Below, piece by piece: positions 37,301 to 51,720 of a DNA stretch of 64,000 nucleotides. Made by a program: the position numbers and the translations under genes. The notes beneath the pieces were generated by a model. That model ran no database searches. It had not been told where the DNA came from and worked only from the letters and a program-made list of their open reading frames with translations. This DNA comes from Raillietiella orientalis (Eukaryota): the NCBI GenBank assembly GCA_036172245.1, contig JAYWIR010000033.1, positions 930,001 through 994,000 of the forward strand. Reading direction: 5' to 3'. Position 1 is the first letter of the stretch. Each line of letters starts with the position of its first letter.

Positions 37301-38699
37301 TCAACAGCCTTCTCAAAAACGTCTGGACCCATGGAAAGATAATCAGGCACGGCAGATCTTAACGTAGGATCTGCTCTGGGGAAGCAGGAAAAAAAAAAAA
37401 AAAAGAAGAACGGTGCCGAGCAAACCTCGTTCCGTGAGCATGCGCGCCACGTTGAAGGCCACAATCTCAGCCGGGCCATGCGATGGCATGGTCTTCCCGT
37501 GCAGTGAGGCACCGAACAGCCTCTCGTTGGACTTCGGGAGCAGGAAATCATCCTTTCTTCGCAACGGTGGTCAAGGTAGCGCCAGCGAGGAGTCCCGGGG
37601 AAGTGACACGCGAAATCGGGTTGTGTTCACACGTTCCCAGCGGAGCAGGAGAAACCAAACTCACTGGGAGCTGGGAGCGTTGCCGGGCGGCGCCGCGCAG
37701 CACGCGTCTTGCACCGCTGTACCCGGCGCCGCCTTCTGCTGCTCCTCCTTCCGCTTGGTGCTTCAGAGGGAGAGTACCGGCTGGGAGTCGCTTGTTGCAC
37801 TTTACTGGTCCCTGGCAATGCACGCGCCGCATTCGTTCGTCCGATCCCTCTTCTCTTTGTCGTTCCTTCCTCCCCATTATCTGTCCCAAAGTGTTTCCGG
37901 ACCCTCTAAGATTTGCAGGAGACTTTTTCCTATTCTCTGATCTTTTGCCCCTACCCGTTCACTTGCCTTTCGCGTCCTTCGTTATGTCACGGCTGCGATG
38001 CTGTTACTTGGGAAAGTGCTTAGGAGAAGACGTGGTGCTTGCTTTTATCGTCAAGCACGACCAAACTCTCCCTTTCTTGATTCTCAAGAAGAGAAGAATC
38101 GCAAAGACCAAATGGTGAAGCGTGCGCAGGAACACGAGGCAAACAAAGGGATGCCTATTTTCGTGCGTGGGTGTCACTTCGGACCGCTGCAAGAGTGTTT
38201 GCACGATCAATCTACGAGTCCTTTTGAATGAAGATTTTGATTAGAGGAAGACGATGGAGGTCTCTGTAGTCACGACTTTCTCTGGGAGCGCTGCTAATAA
38301 GACGCACAAGGATGCAAAGGATGATGCAAAGTATGGCAACGCACGAAACACGCGGCAGAGATGGAGAACTTCTGCATAAGACTGCCATCGGTCAGCAAAG
38401 ATGCACAGTGAGGTTAACCCACCAACGTTGAATGCAACCATCACCATCACAGCGACACGATCTGCAATCGCTTAACATCTTCGCCTCTTACTATCGAGTG
38501 ACTCTTTTGTTACCAAGGACAGTTACTCCATCAAGGTCCACGGGAGTTGTCCTTCTTGATGTTTCACCTTCCTGGTCAGATTTCGAAACTCAACCGTCTC
38601 TCTGCCCATTTCATTCCCTCCCCATTCGCAACGAGAGCTCGTTCCCATCTCTCCAGCGCTCTTGGGAAACGGCATGGCTCCTCAGAGAGTCACTCCAGC

Positions 38700-39400
38700 C
38701 AGTCTCGGTCGGTGTTAGACACCTAAACATATCCTCTGCTCGGTTCGACACACGATTCATTAAAACGAAGCCGCTCACCTTCCTATGCTCCTTCGCCGAC
38801 CTCAAGAGAAGCAACAAAAATGCAGCCATCTGGCGATCTTTCACTACCGAAAGCCTTTCATCCTTGATGCGAGCAGGTTGCTTCCTCATTCTCGGGGAGA
38901 AAGGTTTCCGCAAACGCAAAGCGGCAACTCGAGAACTTCGCAGGTCTACGCTCAGCTGTTGACCCACTGCCAACAAACTCCGGCTTGGATGTAACCTTCT
39001 GATGGCCGATGCAGAGATTCTGCGCATGCTGGCCCACTTTCTCTACGGCCGTACACTTGTTAACATGATGGGGCGCTCTCACCACGATGCTGACCATCCC
39101 CCACGTACTGCACGCACGCACTCTTGTTCGAATCCCGCTTGCCATTGGCGCAAGAAACGGATAAAAAGGGTCCAGTTCCATGAGAGGATGACCTTTTTCG
39201 TTTCAGTCATTCGGAGAGGAAAAGGCCACGCCCCTTCATGTCATGGAAAGCTGACTGGAGTGAAGCCAGTCTTTACTCAAACACCGAGACTGTCCTCCTC
39301 GGTTGCAGTCCATACCGAACCTGCCCGGATCGATCATTTCAGCTTTGGCAACTAAACTATGATAAGATCTTCACGGAGAACGGACCTCGATGGCGAGCAG
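38700..39400 (+). mobile_element. Non-LTR retrotransposon RT remnant (Jockey/I/CR1-like)
   Basis: Ordered eroded motifs: KPLTFLCSF (RPISLL), KGFRKRKAAT (QxGFR..ST), ILRMLAHFLYGRTLVN (SFLxxRxxxV), SNTETVLLG (NxxKTxxM). Confidence 0.55.
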
Positions 39401-41510
39401 ACTTGTTCCAGCTTCCTCATGCCCTACCTCTCTCGTACGTCCCTGGAGCACCACGTACGCACTACCTTCAGCCAGCGGCGCTGAATTCTCTGGTTAGCAA
39501 GCATAGAAAGAATCCTTCTGCAATAAGAGCAATGGATACAAGGCTGAGGAAGAGGGCAGCGAGGCGAGACGTACGAGATGCTTTTGCAAGTTCGACATGG
39601 CTTCTCTGGGAAGCGGAAATTCCCTACCACAACAACAGTCGCAACGCTGCGAGCTGAGAGATACATCCCCTGAGAGTGTCACTTGTGAAGAAACATCATC
39701 CCTTGAAACGAGATTACTTGCGGAAGTTTCAAGCGAGCACAACACGAGGCGAGAACAAAGTCTCGAAGACATTTCGAGCAGTGGCTTCCAGATACGACAC
39801 GACATGCTGCTGCTGAAATCCGCCGGGATGAGCAGAGAGACAGAAAGGCAGCTGGAGAGAACACGAAACATCACGAATCGCACGAAAACCCGTGAGAAAA
39901 CAAGAGCACGTACGTGCCAACTTTGATTTGACGGCTTTTGGACGAAGGTGAAAAAAACACCCCCACGATTCGAAACGGGAAACCTCGCAGGCTTCACATC
40001 TGATGTGTGTCACGATCTTGGCATCCCTTCTAGATCATCATCGTCTATCTCCATTAAAGTCCTACTTGGCATCCTCCAAAACGCACGGAAAGGCAAAAAC
40101 TATGCTCTACATAAAACGTACCTTTGCCCGTGTGAGCCAGAAGGAAGGAAAAACTTTTTCTTCCTTCCACGTACCGAGTTGCTTTCCGGTGTTTCTGAAG
40201 ACTGCGAAGCATGACACGCCTAGACAGAATTAGAAGCATTCTTAAGAGGTTTGCGCAAACTGACATATTCACAGGAAAACACGACACTACCCCTCACGTT
40301 CCGTTTTTCCAGCGGCAAGGTCAACTGGAGTCGGTCGACTAGAGAAAGCACCTGCCTCTCAGGCGACCGAAAATTCTAGCCTCATCTCTTCTTCCAGCGA
40401 AAAACCTTGCCACTTGCGGATAAAGCCATTTTTATTCGGGGGCCTTGGATACACACTGCACCGTTGCATCACCTCTGCATCACTAGCCACACCGGGCTGC
40501 GGTCCCTTGTAGAAGACTACGTCCTCACGTTAGGCATCTCTCGAATGAGAGAACAGCATTCTCTTTACTTTCTACGTTTACTGAGCCATGCGCTCAAAGA
40601 TCAAACTTTCCTGCTCTGGTCTCGATCCTTCTTGCGAATGCCCAATTCTTCATGGCGCGCTGGAATCTTTCCGTTGCCGACGCTGCGCCGGATGAACGAG
40701 TCGGGGAGCACCTCCACGTTTCGCGTTTTTGGTTCGGGATTTTTATCGCCCGTGTTTCCTCATCATCCTTACCAGCACCGATTTCTGGCACTTTCTGCAC
40801 GTATCTTTGGAACGAAGCTCAATGCAGAGATGACGAGGACACCCGCGAGGTTCGCATCGCGGTTTACCCTTTTCCTGAGACAACTTAATGAGATCTCACA
40901 AGCTGACGAATAGTTTCTTAATTATTCTGGCATGTGTGTGCATCACTCAAATTTCCCATTATCTTTCACAATTTTTTTTTTTTTTTTTCGAAAATTGCGC
41001 AGCTTCTCTCCTCAGCTGGGAATCACATTCGAAATTTTTCCTTCTTGTTTTTTTTTAATCCCCGACATCACCATCGTCACATCAATTAAAGGATTGCCAT
41101 CAATAACTTCGCTGGCCGGATGACCTAATAATAAAAACGTGACGCAGCGGCTGTTTTGCATATTTCATTTTGTACATAAGCGCATCTAACACCTTTAATG
41201 GCAAGAGCTGGATTCAGTTTCGTTCGAGGATTTCACCGCTGTCATCCCAAGTAATCAAAAATTAATGAGGCAACTCGGTGAGCACTGCAACGTTTGAAAT
41301 TCACGTATACAAAGAAGCAGACAGGATCCTTATCGTGGAATTAAAAACTCCAGCTGTGCTGCGTCACAACTTTAGCAGAACAATCAGGCATTTGACAAAC
41401 CAGCTTGGCCTGGTAAAACGAGAAACTTCCATGTTTACGATACACGGCTATTATCGTCAACGGAAACAACTCATGTTCAATTCACGTTGAAAAAAGAATC
41501 TACCATGCTT

Positions 41511-41552
<42 letters not shown>

Positions 41553-41734
41553 CATTTCACTTGAAAACAAGCACAATGCATATAAACTTGGCAATCAGTT
41601 ACGTGATTACACAAATCAACAAACTAAAGAAACATAAAAACTATTTATATACCATATTCATGACTAGAGTACAGTTGGACTTTTGGGAGCATTTCAGTTT
41701 TTGATGGCAGTGAATTGGGCACAGAGTAAGCACA

Positions 41735-44700
41735 TTACTCTACCTCCCTGTATGGAAGCTCTGAGCTCACACTGTAATCATCAAGGAAATGAAATAAGTA
41801 ATCAAATGTTGGCCGCCTCTCTGGAACAGCGTCCCAACAACTGAGCACCAGCTGGTATAAGGAATCGGGAAACATATAATTGGTAGGCTGAGGCATGCGG
41901 AAGCCACGTTCAACCTGCTCAATCACCTCACGATTTTGCATACCTACATAACAATTCAGTACAAAAACATTAACCAACTTTTTATTACCAGGATAAGGAA
42001 GCTGACCATAGGTAAAGAGTTCCATAATGAAGATACCGAATGACCAGACATCTGACTTAATACTGAACTTTCCATATAGGATTGCCTCAGGTGCAGTCCA
42101 TTTGACAGGAAATTTGCAACCTTGCTTTGGACAATATTCATTGTCTTCAATTATCCTTGCCAATCCAAAATCACAAATTTTTACTAGTTTGTTCTCTCCA
42201 ACGAGAATATTTCTCGCGGCCAAATCCCGGTGAATAAGCTGTTTTTCTTCCAAATAACGCATACCGGAACTGACTTGGGCAGCTATATCAACGAGATCCA
42301 GGAATACAAGGTTCCTGCCCTCGCCATGTCGTAAATATGCCAGCAAGCTCCCTTTAGCCATATATTCTGTGATAATATAGACGGGTTCTTCCTGAGAGCA
42401 TATGGCATATAGGCGGACAAGCTGCTTGTGCCGGAACTGCTTCATTATACGTGCCTCTTCTAAAAACGCCTGTGGGGACATGGTTCCAGACTTCAAAGTC
42501 TTAATAGCCACTTCGATGTTGCCTTTCCATTTTCCTAATGTCTTCCAGTAATGGGTAATTTGCAAAGAGTGCACTTACCATACCACACTTCACCAAAATT
42601 CCCACTTCCTAGCTTTTTAATTAAAACTATTTCTTGACGATCAATTTCCCATTTATCTTTAGTTTGTGAACACAGATCCCATGTTTCTGGCTGAGGTCTT
42701 GGGCATACATACACCAGTCTAAAGCATAACCCTAAGGAATTTTCTGGAAGGAACTGTGACTCAATTTTTTACAAATGATTCACCAGAATAGGCGTGGATC
42801 AATTCCTCCAAAGAAGAAAAAGTCCGTGACGTGGCAATATAGAAGCCACCACTGTCCATAGGTTTAATTTTATAATGCTTGATATGGAAACCACGTTCTT
42901 CTGTGAAGTCCTTAATGCTTAAGGACAAATGCCATGAACTTTTTTCAGCATTGCGCACCAAAAAGGTTCCCCTAGGATTATGCGGTTGCATTAATAACTT
43001 CTCAGATTCCTTACGATTGATAGAGCCAAAAAACCAGCTGAAAAAAAAAAAAAAATCATTCATTACATAAGCCTAAAGAGTCGACTTCTTCCGATAAGCA
43101 CACTTGTTCACTCACTCTTGACTCTCAAAAGTATTTTCAGGGGCCACATAATTCCGAGGGATATAGCCTTCACAGCCTGAACTCAAGTGCCTAACAGTCC
43201 ACCAATCTAAGTCTCTGAAAACAAACATGAGATTCAGAAATCCAGAGCATACGCATACTTCTTATCATCTAATACTTCCATACGATCTCCTTTCAGAAAG
43301 CTGATTTCACCACACGTTCGAGCACTGTAGCTGTACAGAGCCACCACCATTTTTCTGTTTGCTATTGCAATAGCATCTAGGAAAATACTGTAACTCGCAA
43401 TCGTGAAAAAATAGCAGTCATAACTAACAGCCAGGTGCTCCAAAATTGCTCACCTGAACAATTATCTAGGGCAGATGCTTGTGGAAAATGAAACCGGTGT
43501 TTAGAAGGACAAGCTGCATTTGTATCATGCCTTGTAATAAGAGCTACAAAGAGAAAAAAATGAAAAATGAAATTGGACACTTGTCAACACACTCAATGAA
43601 ACTTACGAGTTCTCTGACAACTGTTTGCTCGAATGATGTCAGCTCCTATTTTTGAGCACTTCAGCTGCACTGCTTGATTCCATGGTTCAGGAGTATATCT
43701 GTCAGCAGTGTGGATATTTGTACCAAAAGGCAGCAACATTCTTTTATTGGCTGTGGATGCCCCCAGATCCAAACCTCACATAGGAATTCACAAAATCATT
43801 TTGACATTTTTCAAAAACATTTAAGAATTAATTGCAAATTTGCTAATAATTCACAGAAGTTTTCTCAACAACTGTGCAATTATGTGCAACATAATAAGGC
43901 GCTTTTGAGTCAATTAAATGTTTATAATGCCATGTTCTTTTACTTTCCATAAAATGCTTACAATGAAAAATATGTCCTGTACTTTTTTCTTTTTTTACAA
44001 AGTTCAATATAACTGGGCATGTGTGTGGATCGTTCCAACTAAATTCTTTATACAACTGCATTTATACGGAAATCGATGATAACGCTTTTAGTTGTAAAAC
44101 TATAAAGTTACAAATGCTCCCTCATTCTCAGAACTTATTTTAAACACATGTTCAACTAAAAATACATCAAAAAGATAACATTCAAAAGATTTATTAACAA
44201 AAGAAACTCATCAGAAACTAATCAAATCAGAATCACAAGAATCCATCAAATGTTTATATACACATGCATTATTTGAAAGAAACTGTAGTTCCCAATTATA
44301 ATTCAATCTTTGTAGTAGAACAGTTTTTTGAATCAAGTGCACAAACTAAAAATACTCGCCCATTTTACGTTAATTTTGATATATGCTGCACAATATCAAC
44401 ATGACAGTTATAAGGTTAAAAGGGAGGCATACTGTACTCTAGAATTAAAGAATCTAATAATTATGGCCTGAATAATTTACAATTGGTAAAGTGGGTCATT
44501 ACACATTAACTTATGACAGATAACATACAATGAAATAGGAGTCTGAGAAAACTTTCTAATCAAACTAATTCCATACACACTGAAATAATGAACATGGAAA
44601 CAGATAAGTCAAAATAAACAGTAAACAATAACCTGAAGCCTGCTTAATTGACATTTAGAATAAATATTTCCTTATAAATGGAAAATGAAATCTTTTTTAC

Positions 44701-45515
44701 ATTAACAAATATAAAAGTAAAATATGTATGTGCTAATAATCAATGCATACCTCAACAATTACAAATACATAAATGAGACTCCTAAAGTTGAAAAGAGAAA
44801 CAATTTCTGGTCTTTGTTTCTTACAATTTACACACACAGGCATGAAAAAGCTCAACACCCCAATTTTCACATCTCAGGATCCAAAAATGATTTCAATCTT
44901 TGACTTTGAAAAGAAATTTAAACGCAGGAATGTTTCCTTGTGCAAATACAAGATTCATGGGTAATAACTCGAATTTCTGGTTAGCATCAAAATTTTTATT
45001 TATCGATAATGCAATGAAGGAAATGATTTTCTACTGAAAAAAACGTTAGCTTTGCTGATTTTTCATCTGTTTTCAATCATCCAAAGCAAACTGTAATGTC
45101 AGAATACACCTGATTTCATAACTTGGATTCTGAAACAGTACAACACAGCAGAACAAGCTGGTCTATGATCTCTGATTTATCACTGGTATTATTTTAAAGT
45201 AAACACATGATTTCCTTTTAAATTGATGAATTTTTTGATAACTCCTTTTAAAATGATAATTTTTTTCAAATATCAAACTTTGCATCCAGCTCAGACTTTA
45301 CAAAGTATGAAGTTCTGAATAATCAAATCAGAACACAAAATGCAAAATCTAACAGTGAGAAACCAATGGCTGTTTACTGTTTCAAAAGCTGTCAGATGTA
45401 AGAAAATGCATTTGCTTCACATCAGCTGTACTCAGTTAATCTTGATATCTGCCTTGAAAGTTAAAGGTACAAAATAATTACCTTTCCTTGTGTTAGAAGT
45501 AAAACAGTTACCCAT
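41735..45515 (-). CDS. Src64B: Src-family non-receptor tyrosine kinase, Src64B orthologue (SH4-SH3-SH2-kinase)
   Basis: Exons 45482-45515 ([11 protein letters not shown]), 43607-43750 or -43774 (DRYTPEP...DIIR), 43454-43543, 43259-43376 and 43116-43214 (SH3), 42784-43037 (SH2), 42579-42743 (GSGNFGEV), 41989-42534 ([22 protein letters not shown]), 41735-41943 (ELPYREVE*). EYCPKQG, RYTPxP and the PYREV tail match Src64B rather than Src42A. Confidence 0.96.
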
Positions 45516-48500
45516 CACAGTTTGGTATTCTTATGGCAATGCAGATGAAGACTTCATTGCATGATGCACATTTCCAAACATTATGCATTTTTTTGAAGAC
45601 TGCTCCAGCTAAAACTTGAACAATTAGTTTCGTAATGATTATTCATATATGAGGCATACGAAAACAATGTTCTATTTCAGAAATGCTCTGCATTATATGC
45701 ACATACTTACATGATTAGTTTGTCCATATTTCTTACTTCAGCATATACTGCATTCTGTAAGTATATTCCTTGGATGAATTTGGCTATATGAATTCCAACA
45801 ATTATAATATAGGGAAATAAAACTCTCAATGCAATTACGCCAAGGAAATCCACATTTAACAAGTAACAGTGTATTGTGCTTACAACAATCACCTTACAAA
45901 TTAATACTTTTTTATGTCACCAAACTTTCCATTTTCAAGGAAAACAGCTTCATAAGTTCGTTTTTGAGTAATTCATGCATTACTATTATCCTGAGATGTC
46001 ATAAAAAAAAAAAAAAACAGGGTTAGCATCAGCACTTTTCTGCCTAAAACCCTTTTAATCGGGTGATTTTAGATATTTTACAGCAATTGGTATTCAGTAC
46101 CTCGGGTCATCGAAAACTTGAAAAATCTCATACGATTTTACTAGCTGGGATTATCAAACGGTCAAAAAAATTGGAAACAAACATTTCCCTTGCATGCAAA
46201 CTACTGTATGCAGATATCTGCTGAAATCAGTATTATTGATTATGAAAACAGAAATAACAATTGAAATATAGTTTTTATTGATTTTGCGATTTTTAAACTG
46301 AGGCAGATCTCAATAACACGAACAAGGCCCTTAATATCTTGGCAAATGGGATCGACAAGGCCGATTTTCTCTAGTCTGCATGAACAAAGAGTATCCACAA
46401 TACTGATTTGTGTATCATACATATCGTTAAATATAAATAACCTTTCCAATGGCACTATACCAAGCGCCTAATTTTCTGCCTTTTTTTTTTTTTTTTTTTT
46501 TCCCCCGGAGAAACGCAGATCCCAACTCCTCATGGAGACGAGAATCCACAAAAGACAAGGCGGAATGAAATTCAAGTTTTTGCCTCACGAATTACGAGCA
46601 TTTTTCCTGGGTGTCCCTGTCAAACTGTTGGAGGGGGCACACACCCCTCCTCCACAATCTTTGCACACACAAAGCTCCAAACCCACGACGCGGGAAAAAA
46701 ACCACAAGGTGTCCAAAAAATAATACGATTACTAATAATGCTAATGATTCCTTTCGGAAGTTTTCAAAGAGCATTTCGTCGAGTTAAGGTTGCACCGTTT
46801 CACGACACAGTCTCGCTGGGAACATTAGCTGTACGCGGACCGCACAGAAAGCGCCGTTCGGATGTTCCCACTGCCGTGCGGTGAAAGGCACCGTCGGGCC
46901 ATTTTGTTTACAGTCCGCCGTTCAGGGAAGACCACAGGGAATGTCGGGCAGCGGGCGAGGAGAAAACAACACGTGCATTGCAAGACCCCCCTCCCCCCCA
47001 AAACGGGCACCACACCACGGTTACGAGCACTGCGGCTATCTGTACTTTACCAAAAACGGACGTACGTACACACCGCACACACACACACGCAATCACGGAC
47101 CCTGTATGCATTGCATAACACGGCAAGTCTTGTGCCGCGTTTAAATTGGGAGGCTCCGAGGGAAGACTCGAAGAGACAGCCCTGGCTTACGAGGCGCGGG
47201 ACAAAATGCTCTGTGAGATGCTTTCCAGATCACAATGGTCTCCGGGCGAACTGGGGAGGGGGGGGAGTGAATCTGCGATGCAAGCACCTCTAAGGATGCA
47301 CTCGAAAGTTTCACCCAACAGCTTTGGGCAACGTAAGGCACCATCGACAGAGCATGAAGTCATCCGCAATGGGAAAATCGAGGCAATAAAGAAATCTGTA
47401 CCCTGAACTTTCTTATGCCCTCAAACACGAACACGTGTTCTCATACAAATTTTCAAATCTTTAAAAATGAAAATTGGTTCGGATGGAATTCTTGAATTTC
47501 TTATGTGCCTTACGCCATCCAGAACCCTGAGTTCCTTACAAAGTGCTCATACTGCCATCAAGAATTGTTACTGTACAACCCCATTTATGTTCAATACTTT
47601 TGATAGTCCTTAGAGGTTATGATTTTCACGGAAGCCGGGTAGTAGCATTATTATACTATATATTTTCAATAAAACATATCCAGCATGCTTCCGACAAACA
47701 AAAGAAATTTACCCATATCAACTTGAAACATAGATAAAACAATCAAATATTAGCTTCATCAATCTTCACGATTTCATATCAATGCTGACACGAAAAGACA
47801 CGCTGACATTGCACGGATAGAAAAAGCATTACATTAATCTATCTCGAAAAGTGAGGATAACCTCTCCATAAATGGGAGGACATTTAAAACTTGATTTTCA
47901 ATTTGTGGTAAGCTTAGCAACGGACAGAAGTGAAAAATATCTGTTAAGTAGGGCACTAAAGTTTGTGAATGAAGGAACAATTGAATCCTAAAGGAATGGA
48001 GGAAGAGATTTTCTCTCAAAAATTAACACCATATCTGCTGTCTAAAAGAGCAAACTTTAAAAGATGTGTCTGTAATTGTGGTTCCAACAGGGGAACAGTT
48101 CCCTACAAAACTCTAGCCACACTTTGTTCATGTCTTTTTTTCTTTTCTTTTCTTTTTTTTTTTTCACCAAAACTCTCGTCAGATTTTTGTTTTCCTCTAA
48201 TTTGCCTAAGTTTCCGTATGCATAACATTTGATTCTTATCCGGTTCTTATCCAGACACCATTGCAAAGCCAGAACATGTGCACACAAGGATTCTAACTTG
48301 CTCGGCCACCACAGACGTTCATTTAATATATTTTACTCAGTTCCCGTAAATGCCGTTTGAGTGCAAAAAAGCAGTAAAGGACAAGCAAAAAAGCAATTCT
48401 TCAAGACTTAAAGAGCATTTTTATGAATTTTCTGAGCAATTATGAACAGAAAGCAAGAGAAACAAATACCGTGCTCCTCTCAAAGACCAGAAGACAACTG

Positions 48501-48849
48501 ATGACATTAAGGCAGCAGTTCCACTGAAGAACGGGTAGCCGTCAAAACTAACAGTTGTGTACTCAGTCTGCTTTTGAAAATCATTTTGATAATTGGACAA
48601 CTGAAGTAATGGATGTGCCGTATTGAAATTCAAAAAAACTCACAAGAGAAAAGAAAATCTGACAAACAGAACAAAAAGGGATGAAAGGTGCTCTTGAGCT
48701 CGCCCAATTGAGCAAGGAATCATTTAATATGTTCGCATAAGAAGAAACCTGAAAATAATCTTAGCCCTCATTAATTATTCGGAAATAAATAAAATACATC
48801 CGATAAAGAGTGTAAACCAAAAGAGATGCATATTTCATCATAAACTCTA

Positions 48850-50150
48850 CATAGAATTAGGAAACCAAACTCTCATGTCTTACTGGTAGTGAACGTTTGT
48901 ACGGTATTTTTGATATAGTTTTCACATTGGAGTGGTCGCAAATACTTAAGAAAATATTTCGCAAAAGTCGAAAAAAGAATGCGCTTTCACTCCTTGGTAG
49001 TTTACAAGCATACCCTAAATACTCATGGTGCATAAATTTGCAGCATGACGAATAAATGAGATACCGATATAGAAGACGGAAGTTCTCTCAGCCGCTGTAT
49101 GGCCATCCTCTACTCCTGATCCTCTTCAAGTTGCTATGAGTATCTGTTCTCCCGTTATTCCCATCGTATCGTCTAACGGCAACCCATCTTGTGTTTGTCC
49201 TGTAAATGTCCCGGGAACGCTAAATGGTTACAGATCTTGAACTCTCTTTAATAGGTCTACAGACTCACGTGGCCACCTCGCATTCATGATCTGATGAAAG
49301 GTGCAGTGGTTGATGATGCGCCGTAGTGATCCTTCCCATTCCTGATCTTCGGTAAATGCTTTCAGTCTCATGTCTGACGAGTGAGCCCGTACAGGGGCCT
49401 TTTCTTAATAAACAAAAAAGTCTCAAAGAAAACCGACTCACTGTAGCAGAGATAGTACCTGAAGACTTGATACGGTGCACGGAAGCAGAAGTCAGAGGCT
49501 GGAAGGAATCAGGGATTCTGCAAGGAAGATACTTTGAAAGTCTAGCCAGTTTTTTGCCGATTGGTTCCAAAGGTAGAGAGATTCTAAAAAATCAGCTAGG
49601 TACTTCCAGATTCCCCTTCCGTTCCTTTGGTCAGGAATCCTATCTCAGGCTCTGCTGGTTTATTTTCTCTTTTGTGAGCGGATAGGCTGTTTGCTCTCAT
49701 TTTCACGGATTTCACTGTTATGATCCCTCTAACGGACGGAATATCTCATGGTACTTATTTAAGGGAAAATCACAAAGTAAAATGTCTTGCGCGGATGCCT
49801 CCTGATTGTGTCACATCATTAAGGGTGTTGGTAGTTACGTGGTGATTTACTTTATTTTGTTCATAGTCCAGCTTTCCAGTAAGGCATTTATAGGAGAAAA
49901 TTGTGACGTTCGGTTTCTTCCTGTTCAATGGAGCAGGAAAATCCTTGATCATAGAGTCGATTAATCTCCTTATTATTCTCCTCTTCCAATTGCGATACCT
50001 TTGAATTGCAGGATTCTACACTCAATCCAAACTAACCCTTTTCCAGACAATAAATTTTTTGCCTAACATAGTTAAATGCTTTCTTTATCCCTTTCGCCAT
50101 TTCTCAACCCAACTATCCCTTGGGAATATCATTATCCGTATCCTACAGAA
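48850..50150 (-). mobile_element. Ty3/gypsy pol remnant (RT-RNase H-integrase zinc region)
   Basis: In order on the minus strand: KHLTML, IKDFPAPLNRKK (RT-RNase H connection), GRITTAHHQPL (TDHxPL) and MHHEYLG (HxxHxG). Confidence 0.55.
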
Positions 50151-51099
50151 TCAAATGCGTCTGTCCTATTGGCAAGCCATTACTCTCTCTGAAATCAGAA
50201 TAGTTACTACGATTCATTAGCAGACAGTCCATTCCACTCCTGTTCTTGTAGCTTCCAGTTGCATATTTTTTCCCGAATAGTAAGCAAAGTTACGCTGAGA
50301 AGAAGCTGCTCAGTGTGCGTGTACCTGCGTAGTCTGCGTGGGTGTGATGATGATAGATGCCGATAAGTTGAACATGCACGTTGAAGATATTAAGGAAGTC
50401 ATTTCTACTCTTCAAGCAGAAATATTTTCTTCCCTCGAGATTGAACGATGCATTTCCAAGGGTCTGTATTGCAACTACTGGAGCAGTATGTGCCCCTGCA
50501 GCTGCAATCTGACAGTACAACGGGATATATATTCCTGTAATGGCTCTCAGAAATAGGGGCAATGAAAGGCAATGCCCGATGTCCAAAAGGATGGCATTTT
50601 GAAACAAAGAAATGAGAAGAAAAAAAAATGAAGTACTGATGATGATGAATAGAGCAACAATGGTGGACAGGTGAGAAGTCGATACGAAAGGACCAAACGA
50701 AAGATGTCATTCACAAACTATATATGTCATTTATCAACCGTGACTGGGGACACTGTAGGGAAGATAAGATGATCCAAAGAAGCACAAACACGGCAGTAGA
50801 CGATGTTGCAGCATGTTTTTCGTTAGATGAGATACAGTAAACGTCTGTTTTCTCCAGGAGTTCACTGTACATTTACAGCAAATAGGCAAAAGGAAAGTCT
50901 GTTTCCAAGTAGGCCACTAGAACCTACGAGAGTCCGAGTGGTTCCGGGTGCGTTGGCGAGAAGCCAGCTTCGTTGTCAGCAGGGTCACATTGGGGAAGGG
51001 AGGAAGGAGCCCAAAGAATTATACAAACAAACGATTTGTTAGATGTGAGGGGTAGGAAGGTATAGAAGGGATAGTCACACCGCTTGTCCCCTGGGTTCC

Positions 51100-51720
51100 T
51101 CTGCAACCTAATCAAAGCTCTGGGGAGTTCCACCCTCGATTACAAGAGGGGACCGCCATCTAGTTGCCCTCCTTACAAACAAAGTCTCTGCGTGTAGATG
51201 GCGCACCCTTCGCCTCGTGCCGCAACCACTCAAGCACCGGAGTTGGGCCATTGCTTCGGAGATCGGCGGGGCTTGGCGGATGCAGAGGAGCAGCAGAGCA
51301 GCCACGGGACGCTGCTACAGCTCGTCAGGAGACTGGGTAGAATCGTGGCGCTGCATCTGCACCATCGTGACAGCCTGCCATGCGCAGGAGACCCGGGCCG
51401 TAGCGAAAGGAGGCCACTTGCATGGCAGCCTCCTACGCGAGGACGGGATGGGAGGTAGCCCCCATCTAAACGAAGACGCCAAGGAGATCGCACGCTTCCT
51501 ACACCAGTTATGGAAGGAAGGAACCGTCCAAACCAAAGACCTTCCTTCCTTCTTTTTTTTTTTTTTTTCTTTCACTATTTATTTGTTGTCCCTTCCTTCC
51601 TGTTCCTGGACTTGCTGGGTGACCGTCGACTTGCTTGTCGATGTGATCCTTTCCCACCAAATTCTCGTTTCTTCCCCTGGGAACTCGGTTCCCAGTTTGT
51701 TCGTTCTTTTATGGAACGTG
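51100..51720 (+). mobile_element. L1/Tx1-like LINE 3' fragment
   Basis: CICTIVTA...PHLNEDAKEIARFLHQL is homologous to CLRGIVTAW...WPHL...KELAGILQRM of 54500-55180, followed by a T-rich UTR. Confidence 0.55.

Noticed and set aside
50338..50556. Cys-rich small ORF (CISKGLYCNYWSSMCPCSC) as a toxin or defensin
   Set aside because: No signal peptide, no supporting splice structure, and it sits next to gypsy debris.
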